A stretch of 64,000 nt of DNA from Thermoanaerobaculia bacterium (lineage in GTDB: Bacteria; Acidobacteriota; Thermoanaerobaculia; Multivoradales; UBA5704), in NCBI GenBank assembly GCA_036271335.1, contig DATBAW010000161.1, forward strand, positions 1,255 to 65,254, in the 5' to 3' direction. The position numbers were made by a program, and so were the translations under genes. Of the stretch, positions 28,101 to 36,127 are shown one piece after another; position 1 is the stretch's first letter; every line of letters begins with the position of its first letter. The notes under the pieces are model-generated. The model had not been told where the DNA came from. It saw only the letters and a program-made list of their open reading frames with translations, and did no database searches.

Positions 28101-28274
28101 CTGGGCGAAGGAGAGCGGCAGCGGCCCCGCGTCGGCAGGCCGGCGCGGGATGCGGTCGGGAGGCGCGGCGGCGCGCTCCTTCTCCTTGCGCCGGCGGATC
28201 TGCTCGAACAGGAGCGCCCGCTGCTCGCGCGACAGCCCAGCGAGGCGATCCTGGGGGGATACGGGGTCGGTCAT
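10179..28274 (-). CDS. NRPS-F, terminal subunit: C-A-T | C-A-T | C-A(nMT)-T | C-A-T | C-A-T-TE (6031 aa)
   Basis: C-domain His motifs: MHHVISDGWS 27699-27728, HHIVADGWS ~24478-24510, MHHIVSDDWS 21276-21305, VHHIVSDGWS ~17010-17045, THHVAADGWS ~13841-13875. A3 motifs (Y/F)TSGSTG(R/E)PKG: 26232-26264, ~23048-23095, ~19835-19885, ~15578-15625, ~12405-12450. Carrier Ser codons: 25068-25070, 21882-21884, 17631-17633, 14445-14447, 11226-11228. TE GWSMGG Ser at 10782-10784. The ATG overlaps the upstream stop (ATGA 28271-28274). Confidence 0.95.
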   Translation of the reverse strand: MTDPVSPQDRLAGLSREQRALLFEQIRRRKEKERAAAPPDRIPRRPADAGPLPLSFAQERLWFIDRLEPGLTAYNIPLALRIMGETSPGILAALLGEVVRRHEALRTTFHEAAGQPVQEVAAAGGWTLPLVDLSALPAELRMDRARRLAQEESDRGFDLARGPLLRATLLRLAAADHALLLNMHHVISDGWSMGVLVREITALYAAVVAGAPSPLPELPIQYADFALWQRGWFRGEVLQRQLAYWREKLAGMPATLELPTDRPLPAVRTHGGARFHVHLDAGFAREVALVARRHEATPFMVLLAGFQALLGRLSGSEDLAVGSPIANRTRAEIEPLIGFFVNTLVMRGDLSGEPVLRDLVARARRTTLEAYAHQDLPFEQLVEELRPERRLSVNPLFRVLFAVQNAPMGAMELPGLTLSPVEFETQVAQFDLEVGFWERGEGMVAEIVYSTELFDAPTPRRLAAHLESLLRGLMADPDLPAAEVPLLSAGERQQLVHEWNDTRRALPGAELVHGIVARQAALDAAVVAVEHGDESLTYGELVERAARLAARLRGAGVGPDVPVALWVGRSLALSVSVLAVLQAGGACLPLDPSYPAERLALMIGDAAPTLALAEEGALAGLPPGLLDGLDVVVLDGGGAPLGEPATGAAAGVPPAVLALPPSPESLAYILYTSGSTGRPKGVAMTHRALVNLAGWACLARPDRGLRVLQFSPLGFDVSFEELFSTWASGGTLVMMPEELRRDPAALLDFLVERQIERLFQPFVSLQQLAEVAREQDRQAPALRELITAGEQLWVTPAVASLFRQGARLFNEYGPTETHVVTAFVLQGEPGRWPVLPPIGRPVANQRIHLLDRGGRSVPAGVPGELRIGGVGLARGYYRRPDLTAERFVPDASGAESGARLYRTGDLARWTAAGDLEYLGRTDAQIKVRGYRVEPGEVEAAVVAYPGVREAAVVARQDPPGGLRLVAYVVWDNGESAEAGLREALKARLPAPMMPAAFVELAALPLTPSGKLDRRALAGRAFAPQVGETAGGHVPPATATEREIAAIWCEVLGLERVGRRDDFFELGGHSLMAVQILSRVRSRLGLDLPVRTLFEASGLADFARQADAAKQETAAPLAMARLGLAVAPLSFAQTRLWFFDRLEPDSATYILPLALRLTGALSPAVLRAVLAEVVRRHEALRTTFDEREGEPVQVIAAPSFLRLPTVDLAGLPVERREAAAQELARATALRPFDLERGPLFRPTLVRLAPAEHILLLDIHHIVADGWSIGVLVREISALYGAALAGAPSPLPELLIQYADFAVWQRSWFQGEALERQLAYWRLRLAGSPAVLELPTDRPRPSAPSRNAGRLLVTFGGELSRRLPRFAQTHEASLFMVLLAALQALLRRLSGQTDITIGSPVANRNRGEIEPLIGFFVNTLVLRGDLAGDPSFREVLAQARQTTLEAYAHQDLPFERLVEELQPERRLAVTPLFQVLCILQNAPLGRLDLPGLSLEPVDSGTASTPFDLELSFMEGADALHALVLYNADLFDPATIRRLAGRLEILFQEVMDVAGRPLSALPLLAAPERAQLLWEWNDTRSSGSWDVPLHRLVEERAAAAPTAQALLDAAGVSLTYGELDRRASRLARRLRSAGVGPEVRVAIAAGRSADLVVGMLAILKAGGAYVPVDPEYPAERISLLLEDSGALVLLAQERLRSRLPASPARFVALDGAGMEGPEGTLDLALDPLATAYVIYTSGSTGRPKGVAVSHRAISTYVQAVVGMYALRPEDRALQFSALGFDTSVDEIWCPLAVGSLLALRSDAAAGSIPTFVAEVERQEITVLGLPTAFWHELAAALGEGSSTLPPAVRLAVIGGEEVQPRRLADWLRGTGGRVRLLNAYGPTETTVSSTFADLEGWGEGDPVSLGRPLAGTRLHVVDRDLALVPAGVWGELLIGGAGVARGYLGRTALTAERFLPDVWSGEAGGRVYRTGDLVRWTAGGELQFGGRADQQIKVRGFRVEPGEIEAVLATHPELRDAVVVARRTPAGNALLACVVAAEGAAAPAPDELRAFLAARLPAHLIPAAFSVLSRLPLTPNGKVDRRALELLRPEGEAEREAEPPQTPVEERIAQIWKEILGIETVGRNDNFFALGGHSLAATRLVSRLKTALGVEIPLQAIFEAPVLAELAGRFVAPALGTGALVGRGPTRLGDWEGKAVPLSFAQERLWFLDRLQPGNAAYTIPQALRISGAASPALLAAVLGEVVRRHGALRTTFRERDGRPVQVVAPAERWTLPLVDLAALAAERRLPEARRLALEDSLLPFDLERGPVLRASLLHLEPTDHVLLLAMHHIVSDDWSMGVLVREITGLYAAAMAGHPSPLPDLPLQYSDFAVWQRGWLVAEELERQLSYWRQRLAGAPATIDLRTDRPRPAAPSYRGARVTAALDAGLSGELSRLARRHEGTLFMVLLAAFQALLWRLSGQEDLAVGSPIANRNRGEIEPLIGFFVNTLVMRGDLSGEPTFDDLLARVRRSTLEAFAHQDLPFERLVEELSPDRHLALNPLFQVAFALQNAAGGGGAELPGLTVAPVEVDIATVRFDLELFALETAGGVAMAFVYSTDLFDPATIQRLAAHLELLLRGVVADPGLPLAELPLLLPAERHQLLHEWPSASGGAGELTGGIAGEVAARAAASPSSPAVVAGGRTLTYGELLDRAARLAGELRSLGVGRGQPGEHPVGLCAERSPELVVGALAVLLAGGAYLPLDPDTPRERLAFVARESGMEVLLARGPGASLWVGGGVHRLDLDAVSAAEPFLAPVSVRPGDLAYVIYTSGSTGRPKGVQVPHAGLANLVRWHLRTYGMTSRDRATLVASPAFDASVWEIWPTLAAGASLHIPDDDVRLMPDRLLGWLAAEGITLCFLPTPLAEQVLERTETGLLPPEIRLRALLTGGDRLQRVPRGALPFAVVNHYGPTESSVVATFALVAPPDERLPRPPVIGRPITGLRVHVVDPRLAPVPIGTPGELLLGGAGLARGYLNGADLTAERFIPDPFAGDGERLYRTGDLVRFLADGNLDFLGRVDSQVKVRGFRIELGEIEGALLRHPAVREAAVDLVEGLAAGPQLAAWVVWRSGAEAAEAAGSAEISDYVAHWQTLYDETYGRSEAADPTFDIEGWNSTYTGQPIPAVEMREWVDSTVERILALDPRRVVEVGCGTGLLLFRVAPHTERYRAVDFSGVVLDNLRHRIAAAGLDLPQVELVQATADDWTGVEPGSFDLVVLNSIVQYFPDVHYLLRVLEGAVRAVRPGGAVFVGDVRNLELLDALHASVELFRSPDAGSAAALRRRVERRVRDEEELLLSPALFPALAAALPEVSGALLLPKPGDRTNELTRFRYDAVLLVGGDGTVPALPGAIRGPLTPAMRTRLAEESAALALLPVAEAAGWTVGELRREIAGQIARGEAETAVEGAGEPLPWSAYANEPLRGKRERLLVPAVRRALQAELPDYMVPSYFVALDALPQTPNGKVDRAALPAPDLQRAGGAGEPPRTAAEEAMATLWREVLGVEQVGRDDDFFELGGHSLLATQLVARVRESCGVEIPLRAVFESPRVSVLAAWIEQALAAERAGAPLVAAGPPPLRPRPAGEPAPLSFGQERLWFLDRMEPGNIAFNMGSSLRLRGRLDPRALERAVNAIVDRHEALRATFVEIDGRPVQPTLPSLWVPLPVVDLSALATVIREAEAGRVALGSLTAPFNLETGPLVRTSLLRLAPDLHLFLLDVHHIVSDGWSNGVMNRELIALYGAFLAGRPSPLPPLPIQYGDFARWQRDWLTGDALEAQLAYWRGKLGGELPPLDLPTDRPRPAVQTFRGGSLDFSLPEATTGALRRLSREGGASPFMTLLAAFKALLSRLAGQGEIVVGSPVAGRRDAETEGLIGFFLNTLALRTDLSGNPTFRELLARVRETALGSYEHQDVPFEALLAELKPERDLSRTPLFQVFFNMLNFPPEGERLPDLEIEWGPAPAPESKFDLTLYVAEEGGKIEGTLVYNADLFDPPRMAELLRQYRAVLESIAADPDGRIAAISLVTAEAARILPDPARPLPPVWEESIHERFLAHARRHPGRPAATDAVGAWTWGDLDAASGRLAWRLLAAGVGAGEPVAVWAHRAAPLAAALLGVLRAGAAFVILDPAYPPARLAAVIEQARPRAWVAVPGAAEVPAEVAAALAAVPGWELEGPGLPADPEAPCVAVDPDAPAWIAFTSGSTGEPKGIVGSHRPLSHFLGWHAQTFGLGADDRFSLLSGLAHDPLLRDVFAPLWVGGELRVPAPERIAEPGWLAAWLGREEVTVCHLTPPMARLLATGEASPLAALRLVCSGGDALTAGDVAALRQLAPRARLVNFYGATETPQAMGWKVVGEEVASQVPLGRGIDGVDLLVLGAAGRPAGVGELGEIAIRTPYLALGYLRDGAATAERFAPDPGTSGGRLYRTGDLGRYEPDGDVKYAGRADRQIKIRGFRVEPAEIEAALVRLEGVRAAAVVVRDESGDRYLAAYVVAAPGAAPELAARLRSLLAGRLPDYMVPAVFVELPALPLTPNGKLDRRALPAPRRQVAATALPRGPVEERLAAVWAELLRLDRVGVNDNFFELGGHSLLATQLISRLRAAFAVELPLRTVFEAPTISGLAARIEAARQAAGGAALAPPVVPVPRDRPLPLSFAQERLWFLQLLEPESPVYNMMGALRLAGRLDAAALAAALTEIRRRHEALRTTFRTTATGAVQEIQAPAPLAQPVVDLTGLPEERRVDEARRVVAAEGARPFDLERGPLLRSLLVRLAPEEHVALWSTHHVAADGWSLAAVFVPELTRLYAALVEGRPSPLVGLPVQYADYAVWQREWLRGAVLDEQLAYWRRQLAGLAPLELPTDRPRPPAPSGRGGSRLWDLPAAAVERLNRRAREGDATLFMALLAAFAALLHRETGAVELPVGMPVASRSRREIEGLIGFFVNTLVLRGDLAGDPDLPVLLARCRDAVLGALSHQDVPFERLVDELGLPRNPHRPPLLRVTFQLQAAAGGGALELPGLALTPFDAGVETAKFDLVVNLFEAGGAIAGVFLYDTDLFDAATIARLAGHFTTLLAAWTDEPAQHLADLPLLTAAERHQLLTEWNPAPAAAAARLALHRRFEAQVDRAPEAPALSWQEERLTYGELDRRANRLARHLQVAGVWPGDRVALLLERSVEMVVALLATLKAGAAYVPLDPAYPAERLAFSLADSGVSLLVTVGEHAADLPAAAVRTVHLDAERDAIELRSDERLETAADADLPAYVIYTSGSTGRPKGVVVTHANVDRLFTTTDPWFGFGADDVWTLFHSYAFDFSVWEIWGALLHGGRLVVVPFRVTRAPEDFYRLLRDERVTVLNQTPSAFRQLLWAEEAVLAGAPPDLALRCVVFGGEALEPASLAPWFARHGDESPRLINMYGITETTIHVTYRPVRAADLGGGSLIGEPIPDLAVHLLDGRLQPLPIGVPGEMHVGGAGLAQGYLGRPELTAERFIPDPFAATSGARLYRSGDLARRLAGGDLEYLGRIDNQVKVRGFRIELGEIEAVLAAQAGVREAVVLAREDGHGGERRLVAYVATDGDDAALLRRALAERLPDYMVPAAFVFLQSLPLTENGKIDRRALPAPEAGAATASERVLPRDPLERFLAGLFHNLLGLPADREIGVGEDFFELGGTSITSAIFVHRLQEALRELVEVVAIFDHPTVAGLAAFVRERFAAAVWRLEAEDGPFVDPVEAGQFQAGRGVLVPLQRGAPGHRPFFCVHPVGGEVVAYRELARQLGADQPFYGLQSPDPPLSDLVQMSTLYVAAVRGAQPEGPYRIGGWSMGGIVAYEMARQLEAQGETVELLVVIDASAPARWTGEAELTDAEMVTIFVGSLEQLYRGDLKIPPDLQLPDIDAGTLDTDAALSIALDLGRRAGLLSESLGLADLRHLFERFRANRRCLSAYPSLPYGGTLCLFRADAHVTGENEDPTLGWGALLGDRLRIFEIPGSHRTILTMGVEVMADVLRGLLEVDSPDETLSPIR
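10182..11030 (-). other. Type I thioesterase (TE) release domain of NRPS-F
   Basis: RPFFCVHPVGGEVVAYRELA ... YRIGGWSMGGIVAYEMARQL (GxSxG, Ser codon 10782-10784) at the extreme C-terminus after the last carrier domain. Boundaries approximate. Confidence 0.85.
17950..18940 (-). other. N-methyltransferase domain inserted in the A domain of NRPS-F module 3 (interrupted A domain)
   Basis: About 330 aa inserted between the A8-like region and the A9/A10 region (...[26 protein letters not shown]). SAM motif [13 protein letters not shown] (~18705-18745) and [15 protein letters not shown] (~18181-18215; N-MT core motif NELSxYRYxAV). Boundaries approximate. Confidence 0.8.
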
Positions 28275-31200
28275 CGCGCGTCCTCCTCTCGGCTCGCCGC
28301 GGCGAGCATCTCCTGGAGCTCCTCTGGGGACATGCTCGCGACCCCTTCCAAGCCATTCATGGTGCGCAGCGCCTCGTCGAGCAGGCCGTCGTCCACCTCC
28401 GCAAGCTCGCGCTCGACGATGAGGTCCGCCAGCTCTCCCAGGTCATGCGCATCGAAAACCATCTGTAGTGTCACCGGCAGGCCATGCCCCTGGTGCAGCC
28501 GGGAGACCAGCTGGGTCGCCAGCAGCGAGTGGCCGCCGAGCTCGAAGAAGTTGTCCCGCAGGCCCACGCGGTCGAGGCCCAGCAGCTCGCCGGTGACCGC
28601 GGCGAGCAGCTCCTCCAGCGGCGTCGCCGGCGCCACCCACTCACCCGCCGGCTCGGCCGGGCGGTCGGGCGAGGGGAGGGCGGAGCGGTCGACCTTGCCG
28701 TTGGCGGTGAGCGGCAGGGCTGCGAGCAGCACGAAGGCGGACGGCACCATGTAGTCCGGCAGCTCGGCTTCCAGGAAACGTCGCAGCTCGGGCGCCAGCC
28801 GCCGCTCCTGGTCGGCGCGCAACGGGTCGTTGGCGTAGGCACTCCAGGGCGGCTCCGCAGCGCCCTCTGCCCTCGGCGCGAGCCCAGCCTCCACTGCCGC
28901 TCCGCGCCGCCGGAGCAGGGCGTCGAAACGGCCGTCGACGCCGCCCGCAGCGGACCAGGTCAGATCGGCGTCGTAGCCGAGGCGGTCAGCGAGCACCCAG
29001 AGGTCCTCCGGATTCACCCAGTCGTGGCGGCGGACGCGGGTCTCGATCTCCTCACGCATCTCGGCGACGGTCTCCATCTCGCGGCCGGCGAGGAGGTCGA
29101 GAGCCGCGGCCTCGCCGGCCAGCCGGGAGTTGGGGATGCCGGCGAGGGCCACGGCGGTGGGACCCGCGGCCAGCCGCCGCTCCACCTCCGCCAGAGAGGC
29201 AACCGACTCCCAGGGGACGCGCTGGATCTCACCTTCGGGCCTGACGACCGCGCGCGAGCCGACATGGAGGATGACGTCGTAGCGGAAGCGGGTCAGCTCG
29301 TTGGCCTGGCGCCCCCGTTTGAGCAACACCTGGACATGCCGGATCGCCGGGAGCCGGCGGGCCAGGGCAAGAAAGAGGGCGGGATCGATAACCAGCTCCT
29401 CCTCCTCGGCGGCGCGGCGCCCCACCCGGCGCGCCAGCTCGGCCGCCGGCAGCGATCCCGAGGTGCGGTGCAGCTGCACCGAGGCGTGAAACGCCTCGAG
29501 CAGGGGGAGGCTGCGTACGTCGCCCACGAACACGGAGCCGCCGGGCGCTACCGCCGCCACCGCTCCCTCCAGCACCCGCACCAGATAGTCGACCCCGGGG
29601 AAGTACTGGATGACCGAGTTGAGCACCACCAGGTCGAACTCTCCCGGCCGCACCTGCGACCAGTCGTCGGCGAGCCCCTGCGCCAGCTCGACCTGCGGCA
29701 GCCGGCGGCGGTCGAGCTCGGCGTCCACCTGTGCCAGCGCCACCGCCGAGAAATCCATGCCGCGGTAGCGCTCCGTCGCGCCGGCGACGCGGAACAGCAG
29801 CAGGCCGGTGCCGCACCCGACCTCCAGCACCCGCCGGTGCGGCAGGGCGAGCAGCCGGCCGACGGTGCCGTCCAGCCACTCGCGCATCTCCGCCGCTGGG
29901 ATCGGCTCGCCGGTGTAGCTGCTGTTCCACCCCTGGAGGTTGAAGCCGGCGTTGCCGCGGGACGAGAGGGGCGCCCCCTGCGCGTAGGTCTGGTTGTACA
30001 GCTCGCGCCACTGCTCGACGTGGCGCCGGTCCAGGCCGTCGCCGGCCGCCTCCGCCGGCCGCGGTACCACGTAGGCGACCAGACGGGTACCAGCCGGTCC
30101 GCCGTCGTCCCGTGCCGCCACCACCGCCGCGCCGACCCCGGGATGGCGGCTGAGCGCGCTCTCGATCTCCCCCAGCTCGATGCGGAAGCCGCGCAGCTTC
30201 ACCTGGCCGTCGCGCCGGCCAAGGAACTCGATGCGGCCGTCGGCGCGGAAGCGCGCGACGTCGCCGGTCCGGTACAGGCGCTCGCCGCCCCCTGCGAAGG
30301 GGTCGGGCACGAATCGCTCGGCGGTGAGATCCGGCCGCCCGAGGTAGCCGCGCGAGAGTCCCTGGCCACCGGCGAGCAGCTCGCCCCAAATGCCGGTGGG
30401 AACGGGCCGCAGGTCGGCGCCCACGATGTGGACCTGGGTGTTGCCGATCGGCCGCCCCAACGGCACGGTGGCACCCACCTGCTCCGGCGCGGTCATCGGG
30501 AAGCAGCAGGTGAAGGTCGTCCCTTCGGTCGGGCCGTAGCCGTTGATCAGAGTGAGGCCGGGGAGCCCCTCGAGGGCGCGTCGGACGTGCGGCGGCGACA
30601 GCACGTCGCCGCCGGCCAACAGCTGCCTCAGCGGGCGCAGCGCCTCGAGCCGGTCCTCCACCATCGGATGGAAGAGCCCTGCCGTCAGCCAGAGCGAGGT
30701 CACCCCGAAGCGCGCGATCGCCTCCCCCAGATCCTCCATCGAGGGACGACGAGGAGGGAAGACCGCCACCCGGCCGCCGTTGAGCAGCGGCGCCCAGAGC
30801 TCCAGGGTCGAGGCGTCGAAGGAGATCGGCGCCAGTTGCAGGAAGACCTGATCGGCGCCGAGGTCGGCGAAGCCGCTCGCGCGCACCAGCCGCACGATGT
30901 TGCGGTGGCTGACGCCCACCCCTTTCGGGCGGCCGGTCGAACCGGAGGTGTACATCACATAGGCGAGCGCGTCCTGTGGCGCGCCGGCGGGCTCCGGCCC
31001 GGCCGTGGCCCCTTCAGCATCGCTGAGATCCGCGGGATCGGCCGTCAGCTCGACGACCGTCGTTCCCTGCAACTCCGCCGGCAGCTCGGCGAGCAGCTCC
31101 GGCTGGCCGAGGAGCAGGCGCGACCCGGAATCGGCGAGCATCCAGGCCAGCCGCTCGGCCGGGTAGGAGGGATCGAGCGGGACGTAGGCGCCGCCAGCCT

Positions 31201-34200
31201 TGAGAATGGCGAGAAGTCCCACGATCATCGCTGGCGAGCGCTGCGCCAGCAGGGCGACGCGGACCTCGGGGCCGACGCCGGCCGCCACCAGCCGGCGCGC
31301 CAGCCGCGTGGAGCGGCGGTCGAGGTCGGCGTAGGTGAGCTCACCCTCCTCGGAGGAAACGGCGATGGCGTCCGGCCGGCGCCGCGCCTGCTCGCCGAAC
31401 AGGGAGGCGAGGTCGCCGCCGGGGATCGTCGCCGCCGTATCGCTCCAGTCGACCACCAGCTGGTGACGCTCGGGAGGCGCGAGCAGCGCCAGCTCCGACA
31501 GGCGCTGCATGGGCGCCGCGAGGACGGCTGCCAGCAAAGCGTCGAGGTGGGTCTCCAGCCGTGCGATCGTCGCCGGATCGAACAGATCGGTGCTGTAGGT
31601 GAGCTGGACCACGAGCCCTTCCGCCGCCTCGGTGAAGAAGATCTCGAGGTCGAAGCGGGTGGACGGAAACCCGAACTCGGCGGCGGCGAAGCTCACGCCG
31701 GGGAGCTCGATGGCGCGCCGCGGCGCGTTCTGCACCGCGAACATGACCTGGAAGAGCGGGTTGTGCGACAGCCGCCGCTCCGGGCGCAGCTCCTCCACCA
31801 GCCGCTCGAAGGGGAGATCCTGGTGCGAGTAGGCCTCCAGCGCCGCGCGCCGGGAGCGAGCCACCAGCTCGCTGAACGCCGGATCCCCCGCGAGGTCGCC
31901 GCGCAGGATCAGGCTGTTGACGAAGAAACCGATCATCGGCTCGATCTCGGCGCGGGTGCGGTTGGCGATCGGCGAACCGACGACGATATCGTCCTGGCCG
32001 GCGTAGCGCCCGAGCAGCGTCTGGATTGCCGCCAGCAGGACCATGAACAGGGTGGCGTCCTGCTGCCGCGCGAAGCGCTCCAGAGCGCGCGCGGTGAGGC
32101 CGCTGATCCAGTGCATGCGGGTGGCGCCGCGGAAGCTCTGGACCGGCGGCCGCGGACGGTCGGTCGGCAGGTCGAGGACCGGCGCGCCGGTCAACCGCTG
32201 ACGCCAGTAGGCGAGCTGCCGATCGAGGACCTCGCCACGCAGCCACCCCCGCTGCCAGAGCGCGAAGTCGGCGTACTGGACGGCCAGCTCGGGGAGCGGC
32301 GAGACCCTGCCGGTGAGCGCCACCGGGTAAAGCGCGGTGATCTCCTCGATGATCACACCCGCCGACCAGCCGTCGGCGGCAATATGGTGGACGACGAGCA
32401 GCAGCGCATGGTCGAGCGGCCCGAGGCGGACGGCCTGGGCGCGCAGCACCGGATCGCGCTCGAGGTCGAAGGGTCGAGCGATCACCTCATCGGCGAGCCG
32501 CCGGGCCTCCGGCCCCTTGTGGTCTGCCGGCAAACAGGAGAGATCGATCAAGGGGAGAGCGACGCGGCCGGCCGGCGCAATCACCTGCGCCGGCCGCTCG
32601 CCGCGCGCGACATAGGTGGTACGCAGCGCCTCGTGACGGCGGACCATCTCGGCGAGCGCCGCCGCCAGGGCGGGCAGAGAGAGCTCCCCACGGGCGGCGA
32701 GCGCCAGCGGAATATGGTATCCGGCGTTGCCCGGCGCCAGGCGGTCGAGGAACCAGAGGCGCTCCTGGGCGAAGGAGAGGGGGAGGTCCCCCTCCCGTGG
32801 GGCGGCGAACAGGGGCGGGGCAGCGGCGAAATCCTCCGCGGCCAGGATGCGGTCGAGCTCCGCCGCGAGCTCGCCCACGGTCGGCGCCTGGAACAGCGTC
32901 GCCACCGGGATATCGACGTTGAGAGCCTTGCGCAGCCGGGCCGCCACCTGAGTCGCCAGCAGGGAGTGCCCACCCAGCGCGAAGAAGTTGGCCGACCGCG
33001 AGACCGCCGGCAGCGCCAGAACCTCACACCAGATCCCCGCCACCAGCTCCTCGGCCGGTGTGCGCGGCGGCGCGCCGGTGTCCTCTACGGCTATCGCGTC
33101 GAGCGCCGCCTCCGGCGCCGGCAACCGCGGGCGGTCGAGCTTGCCGTGCGCCGTCAGCGGCAGCATCGCGAGCCGCACGAACGCCGACGGCACCATGTAG
33201 GCCGGCAGGCGGGCCGCGAGGTGATCCCGCAGCAGGGACGCGGACGGGGAGCCCTCCCCTTCCAGCCCCTCCGGAACGAAATACGCCACCAGCCGCTTCT
33301 CCCCGTGGGCGTCGGCGAGCGCCACCACCGCCGCCTCGAGCACCCCCGGATAGGCGGCGAGTTGGACCTCGATCTCGCCAGGCTCGATGCGGAAGCCGCG
33401 GACCTTGACCTGGAGGTCGGTACGGCCGAGGAACTCGAGCCGGCCGTCCGCCCGGTGGCGGACGAGGTCGCCGGTCCGGTAGTAGCGCCGGCCGTCCCGC
33501 TCGACGAACCTCTCCGCCGTCAGCTCGGGGTGGCGGAGGTAGCCCCGGGCCACCACCGGGCCGCCGATCCAGAGCTCACCGGGCGCCGTCAGGGGCGCAT
33601 CCCCCCAACGGTCGATCACCCGCATCTCGGCGCCTGCAAAGGGACGGCCGATCGGGGTCCCCTCCGGACGCGCGTCCGGCGGCAGGGCGTGATAGGTGCA
33701 GACGATCGCCGCCTCGGTCGGCCCATAGAGGACGACGACCTCCGCCGCGGGGAAGACCGCGCGCAGCTCGGCCAGCAGATCGGGCGGTACCAGGTCGCCG
33801 CCGGTGAACAGCGTCCGCACGCCGCCGAGGTGCTCCGTGCCGGCGCTGCGCGCCGCGGCGGCGACCTGTCGCATCAGGCTGGGAACGGCGTGGAACCGAG
33901 TCGCCCGCGCCACCGCTGCCAGCAGTGCAGCCGGCTCCAGGATCTCCTCCTGGCCGAGGATCTCGCAGGCGCCGCCGGCGAGCAGGGGCGCCCAGAGCTC
34001 GAGCAGCGCGATGTCGAAGGAGAAGCGGGCGACCTCGGTCATGCGGTCGTCCGCCGTGAAGCCGAAGCGGTCGACGAACGCGCCCAGCGTGGCGGCGAGG
34101 CTACCGTGCTCTACCATCACCGCCTTCGGCAGACCGGTCGTCCCCGAGGTGTAGATCAGGTAGGCGAGATCGCGGGAAGCGGGGAGGCACTCGGCCCCAC

Positions 34201-36127
34201 CGCTCGCCGGTGCCGGCTCGGCGGGGGCCGCGAGATCGAGGGCGCACGCCCCGACCGGCAGAGCCAAGCCAAGGGGACCGCGGTGGATCACGGCCGCCGG
34301 CTCGGCGGCCGCCAGCAGGGCCGCCAAGCGTTCGGCCGGCGCCGTCGGATCGAGCGGCAGGCAGGCGCCGCCGGCCTTCCAGACGGCGAGCAACGCGACC
34401 GGCAGGTCCGCCGTGCGGTCGAGCAGCAGGGCCACCCGCGACTCCGTTCTCACGCCGCTGGCGCGCAGACGGCCGGCCAGCGCACCGGCACGGCCGTCGA
34501 GCTCGCCGAAGCTGAGCGTCTCGCCGGCCACGGTGAGAGCTAGGGCGTCCGGGGTGAGGGCAGCCTGGGCAGCGAAGCGCGCCGGCACCGTCCAGTCCGG
34601 AACCCGATCGCCGAGGCCGGCAGCGCCGCTCCATTCGGCGAGCGCCTGGTGGCGGGCCGCGGGGGCAAGCACCGGCAGGGCCGAGAGGGGGAGGTCCGGA
34701 TCGGCCGTCATCGCCGCGGCCTGGAGGAGGAGGAGCTCGCAGAGGCGCTCGACGGAGGCGGGGTCGAACAGATCGGCGTCATATTCGAGTGCGCCCGCCA
34801 AGCTCTTGCCGTCGTCGAACAGCGACAGCATCAGGTCGTAGCGGGCGATACCGTCGTAGGCGTCGACCGTCTCGAAGGTGACGCTGGCGAGATCCGCGTT
34901 CCTTTCCTGGGTGTCGAGGACCTGGACGAGGGTCTGGATCACCGGCTGCCGGCTGGTGTCGCGCGGCGGCTGAATCGCCTCCACCAGCTTGCCGAAGGGG
35001 AGGTCCTGATGCGCGTAGGCGCCGAGCGCCGACTGGCGGACGCGCGCCAGCAGCTCGCGGCAGGCAGGGTCACCGGCGAGGTCGAGCGGGAAGGCGACCT
35101 GGGTCAGGAAAGTGCCGATCACCGGCTGGATCTCGGGCCGGTTGCGGTTGGCGTTGTTGGCGCCGAGGACCAGCTTCTCCTGGCCGGAGCAGCGGTGAAG
35201 GAGAGCCGCGGTGGCGGCGAGCACGATCATGAACAGGGTGGCTCCCTCCTGGCGCGCGAGGGTCCGCAGCCCCTCCGACAGCTGGCGGGAGGCACGCAGG
35301 CGCCGCTGCCCGCCGCGCATCCGCATCACCGCCGGACGCGGCCGGTCGGTGGGGAGGTCGAGCGCCAGTGGGTAGCCGTCCAGCCGCTCACGCCACCAAG
35401 CCACCAGATCGTCGAGCACCTCGCCCTGGAGCCACTCGCGCTGCCAGACCGCGAAGTCCGAGTACTGGACGGGTGGCTCCGGCAGCACCACTGCCGTGCC
35501 CGCCGCGCCGGCGATGTAGAGGGCGCCGAGCTCGGCCCAAACGATCTGGAAAGAGAGGTAGTCGACCACCAGGTGGTGCGCCGTCAGCAGGCAGACATGG
35601 TCCTGCGGTTCGAGGCGGAGCAGGATGGTACGCACCAGCGGCCCGCGCTCGAGGTCGAAGGGCTCGGCGGAGTCGAGGCCGACCAGCCGCTGTGCCTCGG
35701 CCCAGCGCCGGCCGCCATCCAGCCCTGAAAGGTCGACGCAGGCGAGCCGCTGTCGCCTCGCCGCCGCCACCCGCTGCACGGCGCCGCCGCCGACCTCCGG
35801 AAAGGTGGTCCGCCATGCAGCGTGGCGGCGCACGATCTCGTCGAGCGCCCGCTCCACCACCGGCAGCGAGAGAGGCCCGCGCATGCGGCTCGCCGCCGCG
35901 ATGTTGAGCCCCGCCCCACTCGGCCGGAGCTGCTCCATGAACCAGTAGCGCTCCTGGTCGAGGGAGAGCGGCCAATCGCCCTCGCCGGTGACGCCACTCG
36001 CCCGTCGGACCGGCGGTGGCACCGCCGGCTGCCGGACGCGCGCGGCCCGCCGCTGCTGCTCGCGCAGCTTTTCGAACAGGGCCCGCTGTTCCGGGGTGAG
36101 GGCGGAGATCCGGCCGTCGAGACTCAT
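28271..36127 (-). CDS. NRPS-E: C-A-T | C-A(nMT)-T (2618 aa)
   Basis: Head C motif AHHLVVDY at 35558-35581; second [11 protein letters not shown] ~32362-32392. A3 motifs [11 protein letters not shown] ~34118-34170 and [11 protein letters not shown] ~30918-30965. Carrier Ser codons 32963-32965 and 28526-28528. ATGA overlaps at both ends (36124-36127, 28271-28274). Confidence 0.95.
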   Translation of the reverse strand: MSLDGRISALTPEQRALFEKLREQQRRAARVRQPAVPPPVRRASGVTGEGDWPLSLDQERYWFMEQLRPSGAGLNIAAASRMRGPLSLPVVERALDEIVRRHAAWRTTFPEVGGGAVQRVAAARRQRLACVDLSGLDGGRRWAEAQRLVGLDSAEPFDLERGPLVRTILLRLEPQDHVCLLTAHHLVVDYLSFQIVWAELGALYIAGAAGTAVVLPEPPVQYSDFAVWQREWLQGEVLDDLVAWWRERLDGYPLALDLPTDRPRPAVMRMRGGQRRLRASRQLSEGLRTLARQEGATLFMIVLAATAALLHRCSGQEKLVLGANNANRNRPEIQPVIGTFLTQVAFPLDLAGDPACRELLARVRQSALGAYAHQDLPFGKLVEAIQPPRDTSRQPVIQTLVQVLDTQERNADLASVTFETVDAYDGIARYDLMLSLFDDGKSLAGALEYDADLFDPASVERLCELLLLQAAAMTADPDLPLSALPVLAPAARHQALAEWSGAAGLGDRVPDWTVPARFAAQAALTPDALALTVAGETLSFGELDGRAGALAGRLRASGVRTESRVALLLDRTADLPVALLAVWKAGGACLPLDPTAPAERLAALLAAAEPAAVIHRGPLGLALPVGACALDLAAPAEPAPASGGAECLPASRDLAYLIYTSGTTGLPKAVMVEHGSLAATLGAFVDRFGFTADDRMTEVARFSFDIALLELWAPLLAGGACEILGQEEILEPAALLAAVARATRFHAVPSLMRQVAAAARSAGTEHLGGVRTLFTGGDLVPPDLLAELRAVFPAAEVVVLYGPTEAAIVCTYHALPPDARPEGTPIGRPFAGAEMRVIDRWGDAPLTAPGELWIGGPVVARGYLRHPELTAERFVERDGRRYYRTGDLVRHRADGRLEFLGRTDLQVKVRGFRIEPGEIEVQLAAYPGVLEAAVVALADAHGEKRLVAYFVPEGLEGEGSPSASLLRDHLAARLPAYMVPSAFVRLAMLPLTAHGKLDRPRLPAPEAALDAIAVEDTGAPPRTPAEELVAGIWCEVLALPAVSRSANFFALGGHSLLATQVAARLRKALNVDIPVATLFQAPTVGELAAELDRILAAEDFAAAPPLFAAPREGDLPLSFAQERLWFLDRLAPGNAGYHIPLALAARGELSLPALAAALAEMVRRHEALRTTYVARGERPAQVIAPAGRVALPLIDLSCLPADHKGPEARRLADEVIARPFDLERDPVLRAQAVRLGPLDHALLLVVHHIAADGWSAGVIIEEITALYPVALTGRVSPLPELAVQYADFALWQRGWLRGEVLDRQLAYWRQRLTGAPVLDLPTDRPRPPVQSFRGATRMHWISGLTARALERFARQQDATLFMVLLAAIQTLLGRYAGQDDIVVGSPIANRTRAEIEPMIGFFVNSLILRGDLAGDPAFSELVARSRRAALEAYSHQDLPFERLVEELRPERRLSHNPLFQVMFAVQNAPRRAIELPGVSFAAAEFGFPSTRFDLEIFFTEAAEGLVVQLTYSTDLFDPATIARLETHLDALLAAVLAAPMQRLSELALLAPPERHQLVVDWSDTAATIPGGDLASLFGEQARRRPDAIAVSSEEGELTYADLDRRSTRLARRLVAAGVGPEVRVALLAQRSPAMIVGLLAILKAGGAYVPLDPSYPAERLAWMLADSGSRLLLGQPELLAELPAELQGTTVVELTADPADLSDAEGATAGPEPAGAPQDALAYVMYTSGSTGRPKGVGVSHRNIVRLVRASGFADLGADQVFLQLAPISFDASTLELWAPLLNGGRVAVFPPRRPSMEDLGEAIARFGVTSLWLTAGLFHPMVEDRLEALRPLRQLLAGGDVLSPPHVRRALEGLPGLTLINGYGPTEGTTFTCCFPMTAPEQVGATVPLGRPIGNTQVHIVGADLRPVPTGIWGELLAGGQGLSRGYLGRPDLTAERFVPDPFAGGGERLYRTGDVARFRADGRIEFLGRRDGQVKLRGFRIELGEIESALSRHPGVGAAVVAARDDGGPAGTRLVAYVVPRPAEAAGDGLDRRHVEQWRELYNQTYAQGAPLSSRGNAGFNLQGWNSSYTGEPIPAAEMREWLDGTVGRLLALPHRRVLEVGCGTGLLLFRVAGATERYRGMDFSAVALAQVDAELDRRRLPQVELAQGLADDWSQVRPGEFDLVVLNSVIQYFPGVDYLVRVLEGAVAAVAPGGSVFVGDVRSLPLLEAFHASVQLHRTSGSLPAAELARRVGRRAAEEEELVIDPALFLALARRLPAIRHVQVLLKRGRQANELTRFRYDVILHVGSRAVVRPEGEIQRVPWESVASLAEVERRLAAGPTAVALAGIPNSRLAGEAAALDLLAGREMETVAEMREEIETRVRRHDWVNPEDLWVLADRLGYDADLTWSAAGGVDGRFDALLRRRGAAVEAGLAPRAEGAAEPPWSAYANDPLRADQERRLAPELRRFLEAELPDYMVPSAFVLLAALPLTANGKVDRSALPSPDRPAEPAGEWVAPATPLEELLAAVTGELLGLDRVGLRDNFFELGGHSLLATQLVSRLHQGHGLPVTLQMVFDAHDLGELADLIVERELAEVDDGLLDEALRTMNGLEGVASMSPEELQEMLAAASREEDAR
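28845..30035 (-). other. N-methyltransferase domain inserted in the A domain of NRPS-E module 2 (interrupted A domain)
   Basis: About 395 aa inserted before ...[29 protein letters not shown] motif [13 protein letters not shown] (~29790-29835) and [16 protein letters not shown] (~29270-29310). Paralogous to the insert at 17950-18940. Boundaries approximate. Confidence 0.8.
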
